NCBI GenBank assembly: GCA_043228905.1
Contig: JBHGNT010000021.1
Coordinates: forward strand, 11,842,001 to 11,906,000
Reading direction: 5' to 3'
DNA: 64,000 nt
Source: Azolla caroliniana
Lineage: Eukaryota; Plantae; Polypodiophyta
Part shown: piece by piece, positions 11,920 through 25,232 of the stretch
Position numbering within the stretch: the first letter of the stretch is position 1
Layout: each line of letters begins with the position of its first letter
The notes under the pieces: model-generated
What the model was told of the DNA's origin: nothing
Database searches by the model: none
Seen by the model: the letters and a program-made list of their open reading frames with translations, nothing else
Program-made: the position numbers and the translations under genes

Positions 11920-12277
11920 CAAAAAGGTGTTTCTCAAGACACTATACCATTACTTTGCAGCGTGAAATCATACAATAGTCTAGTATTCATCAAGCAAATG
12001 CATGCTAAGATAATTAAGAAAGGATTCGACAAAGATCTTCTTGTTGGCAATTGGATTGATTGAAGTAGCACGTCAAGTTTTTGACAACTTGCCATTCAAA
12101 GATGTGATCCTATGGACTGCACTAATAATTGGTTATGTAGAACATGACCATGGTGAGGAAGCACTAAACCTCATGAAGGAGATGCAAACACATAATATCT
12201 TGTCAAATACATTTGTACTTAGTTCTGGCTTGAAAGTTTGTGGTGATACTCAAGATGCTGAGAATGGGGAAATTTGA
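11920..12277 (+). pseudogene. PLS-class pentatricopeptide repeat (PPR) gene fragment
   Basis: QMHAKIIKKGFDKDLLVGN, then a frameshift to ARQVFDNLPFKDVILWTALIIGYVEHDHGEEALNLMKEMQ...SGLKVCG; short and interrupted. Confidence 0.8.
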
Positions 12278-12479
12278 GGAAGTGCTCAATCATTTCTATC
12301 AAATGAAAGATTCATGGCTAGCCATTGTCTTAAAAAAGACAAGTTGGGAAAAAATTTCGCTTCTCTATTTCGTATTTTGTATTTAATATGCCTTTGTAAA
12401 ACTAATGGAAGAATATGTTGTTTGGAAAAAAAGTATGATCCATAATGAGTTGAGATCACCAAAGATGATTGATATTAAT

Positions 12480-13865
12480 GCAAGCTTAGCTTGAAGCCCA
12501 ACAACTTGGCCTTCTCCTTCCTGCGCTCGTTGCATGCCTAAGCCATGCTACCTTCACCTCCCTTAGGCACGCCTCGAGTCTCGTATCTCTCTCATTGCTT
12601 CCGACCCGCTTCTTGTCAACCAAAAGCCTTGTAATTCTGGTAGGCTGCTTCAGCGAGATTGGTCCTCTCCTCAATTGGGTCGCCTCATCCTATCACTTCT
12701 CAAACTCACTTCTCCTTTCTTGAGCCCCACACTTTAGAAGCTTTCGAGGACAAGTGACCAAAATCCGGTGCCCCTTTCTTTGCTAACGCTCGTCTCACCT
12801 CCTACTTGGATATTGGCCGAGGCCAAGTAGTGGATGGCCTCCACGTGTCGTGCTTTGACTTCCTCCATGAGCCTTTTCATTCCACCACATCCGGTGTTCA
12901 TCTCCACGGGCCTCCGCGTCTCACTAGCATGCACCCAACTATTCCACAAGTACACCACATTGTTCTTCAGAGCCTCGGCGAAGTTCGCACAATCCTTCCA
13001 TATGTGGTTGTTGTTGTCGCACCACATACACCTCTATATGTAAGAGGGGGGGGGGGGGGAGGCGCCGTCTCTTCAAGCTTGGGCAATCTTTGTAAGCTCG
13101 TCCATAGCCCTTCAACAATGTTTGCCAAGGTCAGCGGGCCTGTGTCGGTTCGTCTCCTTGTTTCTTCGGCTCGAGTGGGCACTTCAATGGTTCCGCTTCT
13201 GGTGGCCTAGCCGCACGACAACCCTTCATCATTCCACTCTCACCTCTTGTCAAAGAGGCTATAAACCCTTTTTACCATGGCCCAAATGGTTGTGATCCCT
13301 TCATCCATCTCTAGGAGGAGACCCACTTTCTCTTGGTCTCGTGCGTCGACTGTTTTTATGAATAGTAGGACTTTGTTCGTGTCGAGCACCATCCTATCTA
13401 ATGCTGAGAGTCGGGCGAAACGCTTCTCAAACTCCTGAAGGAGCACTGTCATGTTCCTTCCTTTCTCGGGGAGCTCGACCCATTCCATAAGCTTCTTCTT
13501 CGAAATCCGGAGTGAGTCATCAACGACGTACCTTGCGAGGAGGCAGTCCTTGAACTCTGACCAATTACGACAGTCGGCCTCAATTTCGAGAACCTCAGCG
13601 TGGATACTCGGTGTTACTACTTGAATGAATCATGTCAGTCACTTGCCCTTCGGGATGTCCCTCATGAACATCTCAGCTTTGTAGGCCTCCACATAGCTTA
13701 TGACTTTTTTCCCATTAAATCCACCCGATGCGCTAACTATTGTTTCGATGGCCCGGTTAAGGCTAGCGGAGCTCTCCTGCGCATTCACGAGGCGGTTTAC
13801 GGCGGACTCACCTTCCCTCATATTGGATCTCCCTTGTTGCCCTTTCACGTCGGGTTCATCAAAGA
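12480..13865 (-). mobile_element. Truncated Ty3/Gypsy internal region (gag with CCHC knuckle), tRNA-Trp PBS family
   Basis: PBS TGATGAACCCGACGTGAA (13844-13861) complementary to the plant tRNA-Trp 3' end; gag fragments GGFNGKKVISYVEAY, LLQEFEKRFARLS, CMWCDNNNHIWKDC; homologous to the gag of element H. Confidence 0.75.
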
Positions 13866-16019
13866 TGTCGCGATTATCCGCGTCTACGGGTCGGATTGGG
13901 CAGGACCATATGCGTCATGGACTAGGGAGTCGGAGGGTGGAGGTCTTGTTCGCTATGGGCACTAGACGAATGGGTTTTTGTCTTGGTTGGTTGTCGACCA
14001 GGTCAGCTTTGGTTCGTTCGGCCAGCTCGATTATTGCTTGGTTGGCTTGTTCAGTCAGACCGACTCATCTTGGTCGGCCAACTCGTATATGGCCAATTTG
14101 CTCGGCCTGATCGGGTCTGCTCGTCCAGACCCTCATGTGTCGATCAACTAGGTGGTTGATCAACACCGACTATACTCTAATCAACAGCTTTCGGCAAGTG
14201 CACTTCGTGAAGCCGACAACTGTCAAGCTAGCCAAGCCATAGGGAATTGCACAATGACTCTACCTCAGTGACGGGGACCACGGTACATGGAGGAGACGAC
14301 AACTCCAATGCTCCCTCCTCTAAGTTCCGGGGAAGGTCACGCAGATGGAGCTTGCAACGACATGAGCATCCTAAGGCTTGACCTGAACCAGACCTCTAGA
14401 TGGCTAGTCACAACAAATCACGGTCCCTCATAGACACAACGATACCAACCCCCTTCTTTCCGATGGTTCCAGAGGAAAACAAATAGAGCGTTTAGCATTG
14501 AATATAGTGAGCTCACGGACTCGCAACGGCGAGTGCGGGCTGAAGACTAACTTAGGCTGAACCTCTGGATGCCGAGCACGCGGACTTCTTGCGGTGAACG
14601 AAGGCCTAGGACTAACGTTGTGAAGTCCACTTGTGACAGAAGGCACGTATGAGCGTGAAGAAAACACAAACGAGAGAGAGAGAGAGAGAACAATCTATTA
14701 AATTGGCATACCCCAAAACAACAAGAGAGCTAATAGACATCAACCCGCCCCTTTTTATAGTTCTCAAGGGAAGGGAGCATCATTACAACATTGTCGCAGA
14801 AAACCGCGTTTATGTGTCGGAACGGAGTGGGACCACCAGGGTCTTGAACGAAGGAGCTGGTAAGAGAAAGTGAGAAGGAGGAAAGACTATCTGAATTGGT
14901 CTCCGATTGCCTTTGTCGGCACACAGACTTCGCTATGTAACTGATCCAGACCAACCACTAGAAGCTGGATGGTGAGCACACGGGCTCGACATGTATACTA
15001 TTGCGGACCTGTTGGTGGATAACAAGAGATGAGCACACGGTGTCGCGAAGTTTCACGTGTGTGTGTTACTTGGGCGGGACCACGGGGGTCTTGAACTAGG
15101 GAGTACGAAGGGATAGAGAAGACCTAGGGTTTGCTTTATGACAATACTACTTCCCGACCCCTTCCTGAGCAAGGTCTCGTTGCCCCATTTGTGGGGCCGA
15201 TGGCTTTCGTTGATCACGACTCGTCGAGTTATCGAGATCACCACATGAGCCAAGTGATCAAACATGTACAAGCAAAGATGAGCACACAAGATGAACACAC
15301 AAGGGGACGATAACACAAACACGAATGCACGTACGTCTTCATGAGGAGGAGAGGTGCATGGGCACACTCGAACGCTCCCTCGTCACAAGACGTCGAACGT
15401 ACAAGGAAAGGGACGAGAATACTAACACAAATGCTTGTACGTCTTTACGAGGAGGAGAGGTGCATGGGCATGCCCGAACGCTCCCTTGTCACAAGACTTC
15501 GAACGTACAAGGAAGACACAAAACACACGCACAAATGCTCGTACGCCTTTATGAGGAGGAGAGGTGCATGGGCAAGCCCGAACACTCCGTCGTCACAAGA
15601 TGACCGAACACACAAGGAAGACACAAACACACACACAAATGCTCGTACGTCTTTATGAGGAGGAGAGGTGCATGGGCGCCCGAAACTCTCCCTCCTCACA
15701 AGATGGTCGAACGTACAAGGAAGACACAAACACACGCACTCGTACGCCTTTATGAGGAGGAGAGGTGCATGGGCACACCCGAAATGCTCCCTCGTCACAA
15801 GACGACCAAACGTACAAGGAAGACACAAATGCTCGTACGCCTTTATGAGGAGGAGAGGTGGATGGGCACGCCCGGAACGCTCCCTCATCACAAGACGATT
15901 GAACGTACAAGGGGACGAGAACAAAGAAAGAAAGAAAACACGAATGATATTGGCTAAAGAAATAAATATGTGTTCGATTCCAACGCAAGAGGGCCCTTTA
16001 TAAAATAGGGTTTGATTAC
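13866..16019 (-). mobile_element. Stack of three related Gypsy LTR ends (TGTCGC at 13866, 14792, 15041), interrupted by Copia A
   Basis: Each starts TGTCGC...GGACCA like the LTRs at 18850, 22513 and 24491; the sequence appears to resume after A at 44363. Confidence 0.6.
15320..15912. repeat. 93-105-bp tandem repeat, 6 copies, inside an LTR
   Basis: GAGGAGGAGAGG core near 15343, 15448, 15553, 15657, 15754 and 15847, each followed by CGTCACAAGA...CGTACAAGG-like sequence. Confidence 0.9.
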
Positions 16020-18849
16020 TGTGAATGTTAATGTGCGGAAGCGTCAGACAAAACCGGCTCAGCCGGATAGCAACAAAAAATGAGATGAAGGTTTAATGGA
16101 AAAGCTTAAAACACAGAGGAGATAGAGAGAGCAGAACATAAAACTATATTCAAAAATTAACTCTAAAACTCTGTACATACAACGTGCTAAACAACACTAT
16201 TTATACAAATCCATAAAGGACTAACAAAAGTACTGACAGGTACTTCAATGCTCACACGTGCAACTGACACTAACTGCGAGACAATGATTACCTAGTAGTC
16301 TAGGCTACTACTAGGCTTCTGGTTCCCGCTCGAATCCAGCTCCCCGATCTGGCTGGTTGTTTCCGGATACCGATCCGGCTCATCCGGATGTTGATCCGAC
16401 TCATGCTTATTCAACCGATCCGGATCCGGTTGAGCTTGCTCGCTCAACACTCCCCCTCAAGCTCAACTTGAGGTCGGATTGTGGTGTTAGTGTCCGTGGT
16501 AGCCAGTTCTTCTACCCAACTCCTTTTGGCGTTGCTCCGCCTCACGTTCCTCGTTAGGTCCGGTCTTGTTTGCCGCGACCCTTCTGGTTCTACGCACCTC
16601 GACCTCCTCGGTCGGCTTGTCTGCTCAACAGGCCCATTTCAGCTCCCTCGCTGCTGCGACTCCGGTGCTTGTCGACCCGTCGGTTCCTTCGTGTTGGCAT
16701 CGACTTCCGCTGCGTCCATGTCCGTTTCGCTTTTAGTTGATCCTACTTCTCCGAATCTTGAACCAATTCGGTTTCCTTTGATTCGTTCCAGCTCTTGTCT
16801 GAGTCGATGTTCTCCAACTCGTCTTCCAGTTTCAGGCCCTTCACCACACCAGACCACATCTCGGTCTTGGCCGTTTTCTTCCGGTCGGCTCTGTCCTTCT
16901 TGACTCTGTCACCACTGCCACTTGTTCCGACCTTTTCGGATGTGCCAACTCCTTCGGTCGGCTTGGCTTCCTTTTTCCTCTTGGCTCCCCCTTTGTTGGT
17001 TCTTTCTTCCTCTCCGGCTCCTTGTCTGGTGCCATCCGTTCCCTTTCCTTTTCTCCCCCTCAAGTGCGGCATGTCGGGATGCTGAACACCAAGCATTTCG
17101 GTGAAGTGCTACAACTTGTCCAATCCGAGTGGTTTGGTGAAGATATCGACAATTTGTCGATCCGTCTGAACATATCGAAGTTCTACTTCACTGCTCAAAA
17201 CCTGCTCACACACAAAGTGATAGTGAACTTCTATGTGCTTCGTCTGAGCATGGAACACGGGGTTCTTGGCGAGCTGAATGTTGCTCATGTTGTCACAATA
17301 GAGCAGGATCGGGGTCGAGACCTCAAACTGCAGGTCTTGCAGTAGTCGCCGAAGCGAGATGGCTTCACAAGTGGCATTGGTAACGCCCCGGTATTCAGCC
17401 TCAGTGCTCGATAGAGCCACTGTTGGCTGCTTTTTGCTGCTCCACGCAACAACCGGGCTACCCAGAGAAAACATGTAACCGGAGGTGGATCGGCGATCCG
17501 ATGCATCACCGGCCCAGTTGGCATCTGTATATCCGACTAGTTCTTCGGTTATACCATGCCGGTCTAACAATCCCCGGTCCTTCGCGCCGCTCACATACCG
17601 GAATATCCGGTGTGCGCACTGAAGGTGCTTGACGGTCGGCTTCTGCATGAACTAGCTGATCACTCTGACCGTGTAACTGAGGTTGGGTCGAGTGATTGTC
17701 AAGTATATCAGGCTTCCGACGATTTGTCGGAACCATTTCTCATTGCAGGTCAGTTGGAGTTGGGACAGAGCTTCTAGTTTCGGTCCAGGGGTGTGGAGAC
17801 AAGTTGGCACTCCGTCATACCGAACTTGTACAACATATTCAACACATAGTGTCGTTGTGAGAGCAATATGCCGTCGGGGGTTCGGATCACCTCGATCCCA
17901 AGAAAATAATGAAGGTCCTCCAGGTCCTTCATTTCAAATGCGTCTGACAACTGGGACTTTACTCAACCGATTTCATTGAGTCCGGGTTCGGTGATGACTA
18001 AATCATAAACATAAAGTAGGATGCAAACCGGACCGTCCGGACCTTGCCGGATGAACAACTACGAGTCGGATTTAGAGGTCACAAACCCCATCTTACGCAA
18101 CCGATGCGTGATCTTCGCATTCCAAGCTCGGGGGGCTTGTTTCAAACCGTAAAGCGACTTCTTGAGCCGGCACACCGCTGACTTGTCCATCTTTGACTGA
18201 AAACCGGGAGGTTGGATCATATAGACCCATTCTTCAAGGTCACCTTGAAGAAACACATTCTTCACGTCCATCTGGTGAATATTCCACCCCCTTGCCGCAT
18301 CAACCGCCAGTACCACACTAACCATCGTCATCTTCGCTACCGGGGCGAAGGTCTCGTCGTAATCAAATCCCTGAGTCTGTGCGTATCCCTTCGCCACTAA
18401 TTGGACCTTGTACCGATGAACCGAACCGTCGGCATTGTACTTTACCTTGTACACCCATTTGCAACCGATCGGTTTATAGTGTCGAGGAGGGTTGACGAGG
18501 TCCCATGTGTCGTTGGCATCTAGTGCCCGCATTTCTTCCTCCATAGCGGCACGCCAATTTGCCTCCTTTGTCGCTTCTGCGTAGCTCTCCGGCTCACGCA
18601 CTTCCCCCACCTTAGTCATAAACGCATAATGATGCGCCATGTACTCATTGTACCCATACCGCGTAACGGGGTTCTTCAGGCGGGAAGACCGACGTAACTT
18701 TGTATTACCTGGTTTGGGGCCCTTCTTGGCCAGGTCGGACTTTGTTCCCGAAGATCCACCTTCATCCTTTCCGGAGTCGGATTCGCTTTGATCTGACTCA
18801 ACGTTGCCGATTTCATATTCCCCTTCTTCTTCCCCTTCTCTTTCCGCGT

Positions 18850-18962
18850 TGTCGCGTTATTACACGCGTGTGTGTAGAAGGGGCGGGACCACGGGGGTCT
18901 CGGATGAGGGAGAAAGGGATGCCGAGAACACCGACTTCGGACACAACCCGGAGGCAACCGAA

Positions 18963-18997
<35 letters not shown>

Positions 18998-21900
18998 ATG
19001 CGCGCGACACCGACTCTCGTAACAATGTGGGATAAATCCCTTATTACATGGGATCCTTTGTCCCGAATTAACCATTGCCCGGTGCCATGATGGCGCCCCT
19101 ATCATTTACACGATTTGTACAAGGGTGAGTGCACATGCTCCACCCCGCCGATTCCTCTTATATTCCCCGGTTTCTCACCATGGCTCGTAATCTTTATGAC
19201 ATCCGCCCCCACCAAACCGCACGTCCATAGGTACGTGCCAAATTCGGGGAAAGGTGAAAGATTTCAGAATGTGAGGAACCGGTCTTCCGTAATCCATCGG
19301 TCTTGCCGGTTTGAACCGTCGGCTCCAGTTCTTCCTCGCGCTCGTTCGACTTGTCACTAAGTCCTTGCCGTGACCCCTCCTACACGCGTGCTCCCTTGTT
19401 GGCCCTTCTCTCGACCGCCTGCACGCTTCATGTTCCTCTAGATATGCGGTGTCCCTCGTTCGAGCACTTGTGATGGCCCGCTTAGCCTTCGTAGACCTTC
19501 GTGTCATCTTGGTTGCCATCCCTTGTCGTCTGTCGCCTTCGTCCCCTCGCCGCCACCTTCCTTCTCCTTGGTCTCACGTTGCCACGTCGGCTTGAACTGC
19601 CAAGGTCTTAGGAATCAGTGTGGAGGATCCTTCTCTGGCGTTCTACGTGAGATCACATGAACCGGAAACCATCCATCACGCCTATACTCCCTTTTGGCAC
19701 CTCCGTGTGCTGGCATTCCCTCCTCGTTGTTCGGCACTGCCGTGCCAACTCCTGTTACCCTTTCTGCACGCGTTGTCGGCCCTTGCCCGGCCAGATTGTG
19801 CATCGCCTTCCTCTCCGCATACCGGTGTCCTCCGTGTCCGAGGAACACCCCGTAGTAGGTCGCTTGGCTCCCTTTCGTCTCGTGCTGCTGCGACCGGTTC
19901 GAAGCCTTCTGCTTGCCGTCGTCCCCTCGCCCCCACCAGCTTGTCATCTCGGGCTTGGCTTGCCACGCCAATCATTGCCACTCCGACTGAGCCGTTGAGA
20001 TCTCCGAATCGGGTGTGGAGGATCCTTCTCCGGCCCGTGATATCATTTCCGGTCTTTGACCCGTGCTATCCGTTGCGCGCCTGTTACCTCGTTCCTGGCA
20101 CTGCCGTGTGCTGTCTTTTGTTGTCGTTGTTCGGCACCGCCCGTGCCGAACACCATCCCGTACTCGTGCTTCAAACCGGACCTTAATGACCACATGCACG
20201 TCTCTCGATCCGCGCCCGGGTGTGCCCATCCGGCGTGGCACACCGCTCCTCGCTCACCCTTTACCGGCTCCCATCCGAACCCGTAACCGGCCGGTAAGGG
20301 TTTCGCCCCTGTCAACTCTGGTCTTGCCGTCTCCCGTCTTACCGACTCCTTGGTTGTCGGGTCCCATTTCCTGCCACCACCATCCTTCTCCCTAGTCTTA
20401 CGTCTCCTCGCCGGCTTGCACTACCAACGTCTCCGGAGCCGATGTGAGGACCCCATAGGACCGGGTCTTCATTTTTTGCTTGCAGAAATCCGGGTCTTTT
20501 GCTCTCTGCATCCGAATCAGTTGTATTGGCCGTGACCTCCGCGTCCTCGCCGCCACCGTCTGTCTCCTAGGTCTTCCGTCGGTCCTCGGATGCAACCACC
20601 TAAGTCTCGGGAACGAGTGTGGAGGACCCATACTTGAGTCAACCGCCTCTTCCGTTTCTCCCCGTCGTTGTTGATCCCTTCCTTACACTTCCCTACCATC
20701 TTCCTTCTCTTTTAGACTGACATTGCCTTGTTGGCTTGAACTGTTGAAGTCTCCGGTCAAGATGTGGGGTAACCGATTTCGTACCGTCCTCCGGCGACTC
20801 GTCCCAGGCCACCGACCCTTTTAGTGGTGTCGGTGGATAACATCTGCTCTGTGATCAACCAAGCCCGCATGGGCTTGATTCTCCAATGTCCGGAGTTTCG
20901 GCACCGATGCCGATCCCGCCGGATTCGCTTTGAACCCTTGATCACCTTCCTTTCGATTCCCGACCTTCGCCCGGTCGGTCTTTCTCCCCATGTAAAAGAG
21001 GGCAGCTCGTTCCGCACCCTCTCCCATATCGACACCGTCATGCCGATTCTGGCCCTGATCGAACAATCCACGACCGGATCATGCTCCAACCGAATCGGAG
21101 TGCCGCGTGGTTCAGTCCCTGGTCGGGTCGTTCCCTGGTTCTTTCTTTGACCTTCTCGCGGGCCATTTCCCATCCATCTTTGTTGGCATCGTGCCAGGAC
21201 TCCTCGATACCATCATCCATCTCCTCAGTCTCACGTGGGTGTAAGGGCCCGAATGCCGAGTTCTCTGGAATTGGTTCCGAGGGCTCTTGTCTGTTCCTTC
21301 CCCGTATCGTTTCGTCGGTGATTCTCGGTCTCACGCCGCTGCCTTCCTCCTCTTGGGACTCACGTGGGCACTCGGGCCCAACTGCCATCGTCTTGGGAGC
21401 AAGTGTGGGAAGACGCGTAGAATCGCCCGTTCTATTGACGCCCTTGTCCGTAGCCACCGGCTCCTCGTGGTCGGTGGTTGTCTTCTTACCGATCGCGCAA
21501 GCCCCGCCTGGGCTGGCTTCTCCAATGTCCAGAGTTTCGGGGTGAAGTGCCTGAAACCGCCGGTCCCAACGTTCCGATTCTATGATTGGTACCTGGGCCT
21601 TGTCCTTGGCCATTCTATCTCTGCAAGCACCCTCTCCCGTGGTACCGTGGTATCGATCTTCTGCCATCTCGTGAGGCAAGTCCATCTCCCTGGCGCCGGC
21701 TTGCGGCCTCGTTCTTTCCTCTTCCTCGAGCATTGCCTCGAGAGCTATGTACACCTTCGCAATCCTAGTCGTGAAGCCGAGCCTTGTCGACTCTCTTTTC
21801 CGTTCGACCTCTTCCCGCTATGATTGCGAGCCGTCGTGCGCCTTCCTCCTAGCCTTCTCGGCTCGTTCGTCATCTAGCTGTTGGCATACCCTTCTGACCT

Positions 21901-22625
21901 TCGACTAGTCCTCCGTAAGGCCATTCGCTCCATCCTCGTCTCTGAGCTCAATCCCGATGGCCTCCCGTTCCGCTCGGTTGATCGACCTGATGAACAACAA
22001 GACTTTGTCCACCCCCACCAAACCTTACTCCCGCTTCAGGAGCCGAGCAAGTTGTCGCTCGAACTCTCGGAACGCCTTCGTTGCACCTCAGTGGGTCTTC
22101 GCCGATACCACACACGTGTCGAAGTCGTGTCGTCCCCGGCTCTTCTGCCGTCCTCCATATGCCTACAGGAGCGCCTCTTCGAAGGCATCCCATGAACTAT
22201 GAGCTTGTCAGAGCTCCTTCACTTCTGCATGCATACAGACGGCAACGACCTGACAAAAGAACTCCAGCCTCAACGCCTCGTCTACATCTCGCTCCTCCAT
22301 TTTTGTGTTGTAGGCTTCCAAGTAGAATGGGACTTTGTCCCCGTTGAAACGGCCGACTTTTTCGACCACTCGCTCAACAACTTGCGGCGCCGTCTCTCTT
22401 CTTGTTGTTGCTCGTCCAAACTCCCTCACCGCTTCGACAAAAAGTTGCGCAAAGTCGTCTTCTTCCAACTCCATTCTCCCTTGCCGCCCTTTCATGTCGG
22501 GTTCACCAAAGATGTTGCGTTATTACGCGTGTGCGTGTAGAAGGGGCGGGACCACGAGGGTCTCGGACGAGGGAGAAAGGGATGCTGAGAAAACCGACTC
22601 TGGACACGACCCGGAGGCAACCGAA

Positions 22626-22696
<71 letters not shown>

Positions 22697-23246
22697 ATGC
22701 GCCCGACACCGACTCGTATACACGGAAAACAAAGGGCTAAGCTCCTGACACCTCCGAATACACCAATATGCACAAACTGATATGATTATATGTATATTAC
22801 GAATGGAAAAGATACAACCCCGGCTTCGAGCTGGGCTACGCTCAGAAGAAAAGAAGTTAACCTAATAGATTTGCCGCCATAGTTGCGGCGCTCAACTTCT
22901 CAAGAAGGAGAAGAAGAAGAAAAGAAAACAGGAAGTTACTAACCCTAGGAACTCTTAACAAGAGGAAGACCCTCTACAAAATGGTATACCCTTAAGACTA
23001 AAAAATGGGCAACCCTTTTACAAGGGGCACTCTTTTCCTTTTATAGGACAATGAGAGGGATGCGTAACAATGTGGGATAAATCCCTTATTACATGGGATC
23101 CTTTGTCCCGAATTAACCATTGCCCGGTGCCATGATGGCGCCCCTATCATTTACACGATTTGTACAAGGGTGAGTGCACATGCTCCACCCCGCCAATTCC
23201 TCCGATATTCCCCGGTTTCTTACCATGGCTCGAAATCTTCACGACA
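18850..23246 (-). mobile_element. Non-autonomous Gypsy H (gag plus decayed internal region, no recognisable RT)
   Basis: 3' LTR 18850-19201, 5' LTR 22513-23246, 4-bp TSD GCGT/GTGT, PBS tRNA-Trp TGGTGAACCCGACATGAA 22491-22508, PPT GGTGGGGGCGGA; gag VGRFNGDKVPFYLEAY. Confidence 0.88.
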
Positions 23247-23953
23247 GTGTGAATCGTCTCCTTGGTTCGTTGCGCGGGGAGAGCACTGAAGAGTCTCCAG
23301 TACTCGTCAGTTCCTCATCTGATTGGTCATCCTGACTCAACCGCTCATTCGGTCCACTTAGCCACAATGAGATTGGACTCTCTTCTAGAGTGCCGAAGTC
23401 TTCATCTTCTACCTGGACCTCCTTGTGCTCACTAGTCTCATCTTCCGAAATCGGGTCTTCGTTGGGAGTTGGAGTCGGTAAGGAGTACCATGATGCCGTC
23501 TCATCAAACTCGACATCTCGGCTTACTCGAGCCTGCTTAGTCCGGGGGTTATAACACTTATACCCCTTTTGCTCATGCGAGTAACCGACTAGAATGCACT
23601 TCTCTGATTTTGGATCCAGCTTCCTCTACTTCTCATATGGTACATGTACATATGCTATGCTACCGAATATCCGAAGGTGTCTCAAATTCGGCTTTCGCCC
23701 GAAATACAACTCATGTGCTAACACCTGGTCAGCGATCCGGTTTTGGATGTAGACGGCCGTTCGGACTGCCTCGGCCCAATAGAAATGGGGCATGCTCTTC
23801 TCCTCCAGCATTGCCCTTGCCGCATCGACAATCGACCGGTTCTTCCTTTTGGCCACACCATTTTGCTCTGGTGTGTACCTGCAACTGAATTCTCTCATGT
23901 AAAGAATCGGGTATGATTCTTGTGTAGTGCAATAGGAGTGAACTGTGTGTGTG

Positions 23954-23994
<41 letters not shown>

Positions 23995-24490
23995 AGAAGT
24001 AAGACATAGAGAATACACAAAGTAAAGTGTATTAACAAAGGAGAAAGACTCGACATTATACAAGGTGGGAGGAGGGGGGAATGTGAAAGCTCATAAGTTA
24101 TGTGTCATAGAATATGATTCTATGACTCATACTAAATGCTAGAATACAAAGTGGTGACATAGTTGTGACTCTTGACCGTTGGAGTGTCTATTCACTCTCA
24201 AGGTGAGTTCACACACTAGACCAAGTTGAGCTTGATTCTCAACACACCCCCTCAAGCTCAAGTCGGGTCGGTATTCGAAATACGCTTCGACTCGCGTTCC
24301 GGAGTCTGTGTCGACTTGCGTCGACTCACATTTATGCGTAGTTGCGGAATCCGTGCTCCAGCTTGCGTTGTGCGTAGTTGCGAAGTCTGTGCTTCGGCTT
24401 GTGTCTTTCTTCGCGGCTTTGCGCGGTAGATTGGATCTTCGCGGCTTCGCGGCTTCGCGGCTTCGTTGCGCAGTTGTAGAATCCATGCGT

Positions 24491-25232
24491 TGTCGCGAAG
24501 TTTCGCGCGTGCGTGTAGAAGGGCGGGACCATAGGGGTCTCGGACGAGGGAAGGAAGGAAGCCGAGAAGAGGATTCTGGACGCGTCCCGGAAGCAACCGA
24601 ACGAGAGAGAGAAAGAGAGGGAGATAGAGAGGGAGCGCGCGATTGATTCCGACTCACGCACGCACGCACACACACACACGTCGACCCGACTCACGCCCTT
24701 ATGTACAGGAAACGCAGGAAAGGGGAAGCACTCGACACCAACAGAGACACAAATATACAAAGACAGACGCAAATGTATGTATTACAAGGGAAAGAATATA
24801 AGGCTTCGAGCCGGACCAAGCTAGGGTAGGTTACAACAGCAGTCTACAGCCAAGCTGCCGTCCGGGGAGCTCTCGGGCTCGTCACGCAGAGCGGGGTCTT
24901 GCATAGGAGACTGAGCAGAAACAACCCTCAACAGTCCACCCACACCGCGAAGAAGAGGAAGCAAAAGTAGAAGAACTAACCCTAAATCTAACGGTATACC
25001 CTACTAATACAAAATGGGCAACCCCCTCGAAGAGGAGCGCTCCCTTCCTTTTTTAGAACAAGGAGAGGGATGCGTTACAATGTGGGATAAATCCTGACTT
25101 AACTACTATTCGGTGCCATAAAGGCGCCCTCGTTATTCACACTAAATGTACAAGGGTGAGCGCACATGCTGCACCTCGCCGATGTAGCCAACATTTCCTG
25201 GTTTCCGCCTTTGGCCGAAATTCTTCACGACA
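24491..25232 (-). mobile_element. Solo LTR of the H-related Gypsy family
   Basis: TGTCGCG...TTCACGACA, similar to 22513-23246; perfect 4-bp TSD GCGT/GCGT. Confidence 0.9.

Noticed and set aside
15320-15912. CRISPR array or repeat protein (EEERCMG ORFs)
   Set aside because: Whole units are homologous with no unique spacers, unit lengths break frame, and the array lies inside an LTR.
19175-22200. Numerous overlapping 60-240-aa ORFs in H (and antisense ORFs in E and F) as genes
   Set aside because: Expected in GC-rich TE sequence; no recognisable domains beyond gag and a possible integrase relic.
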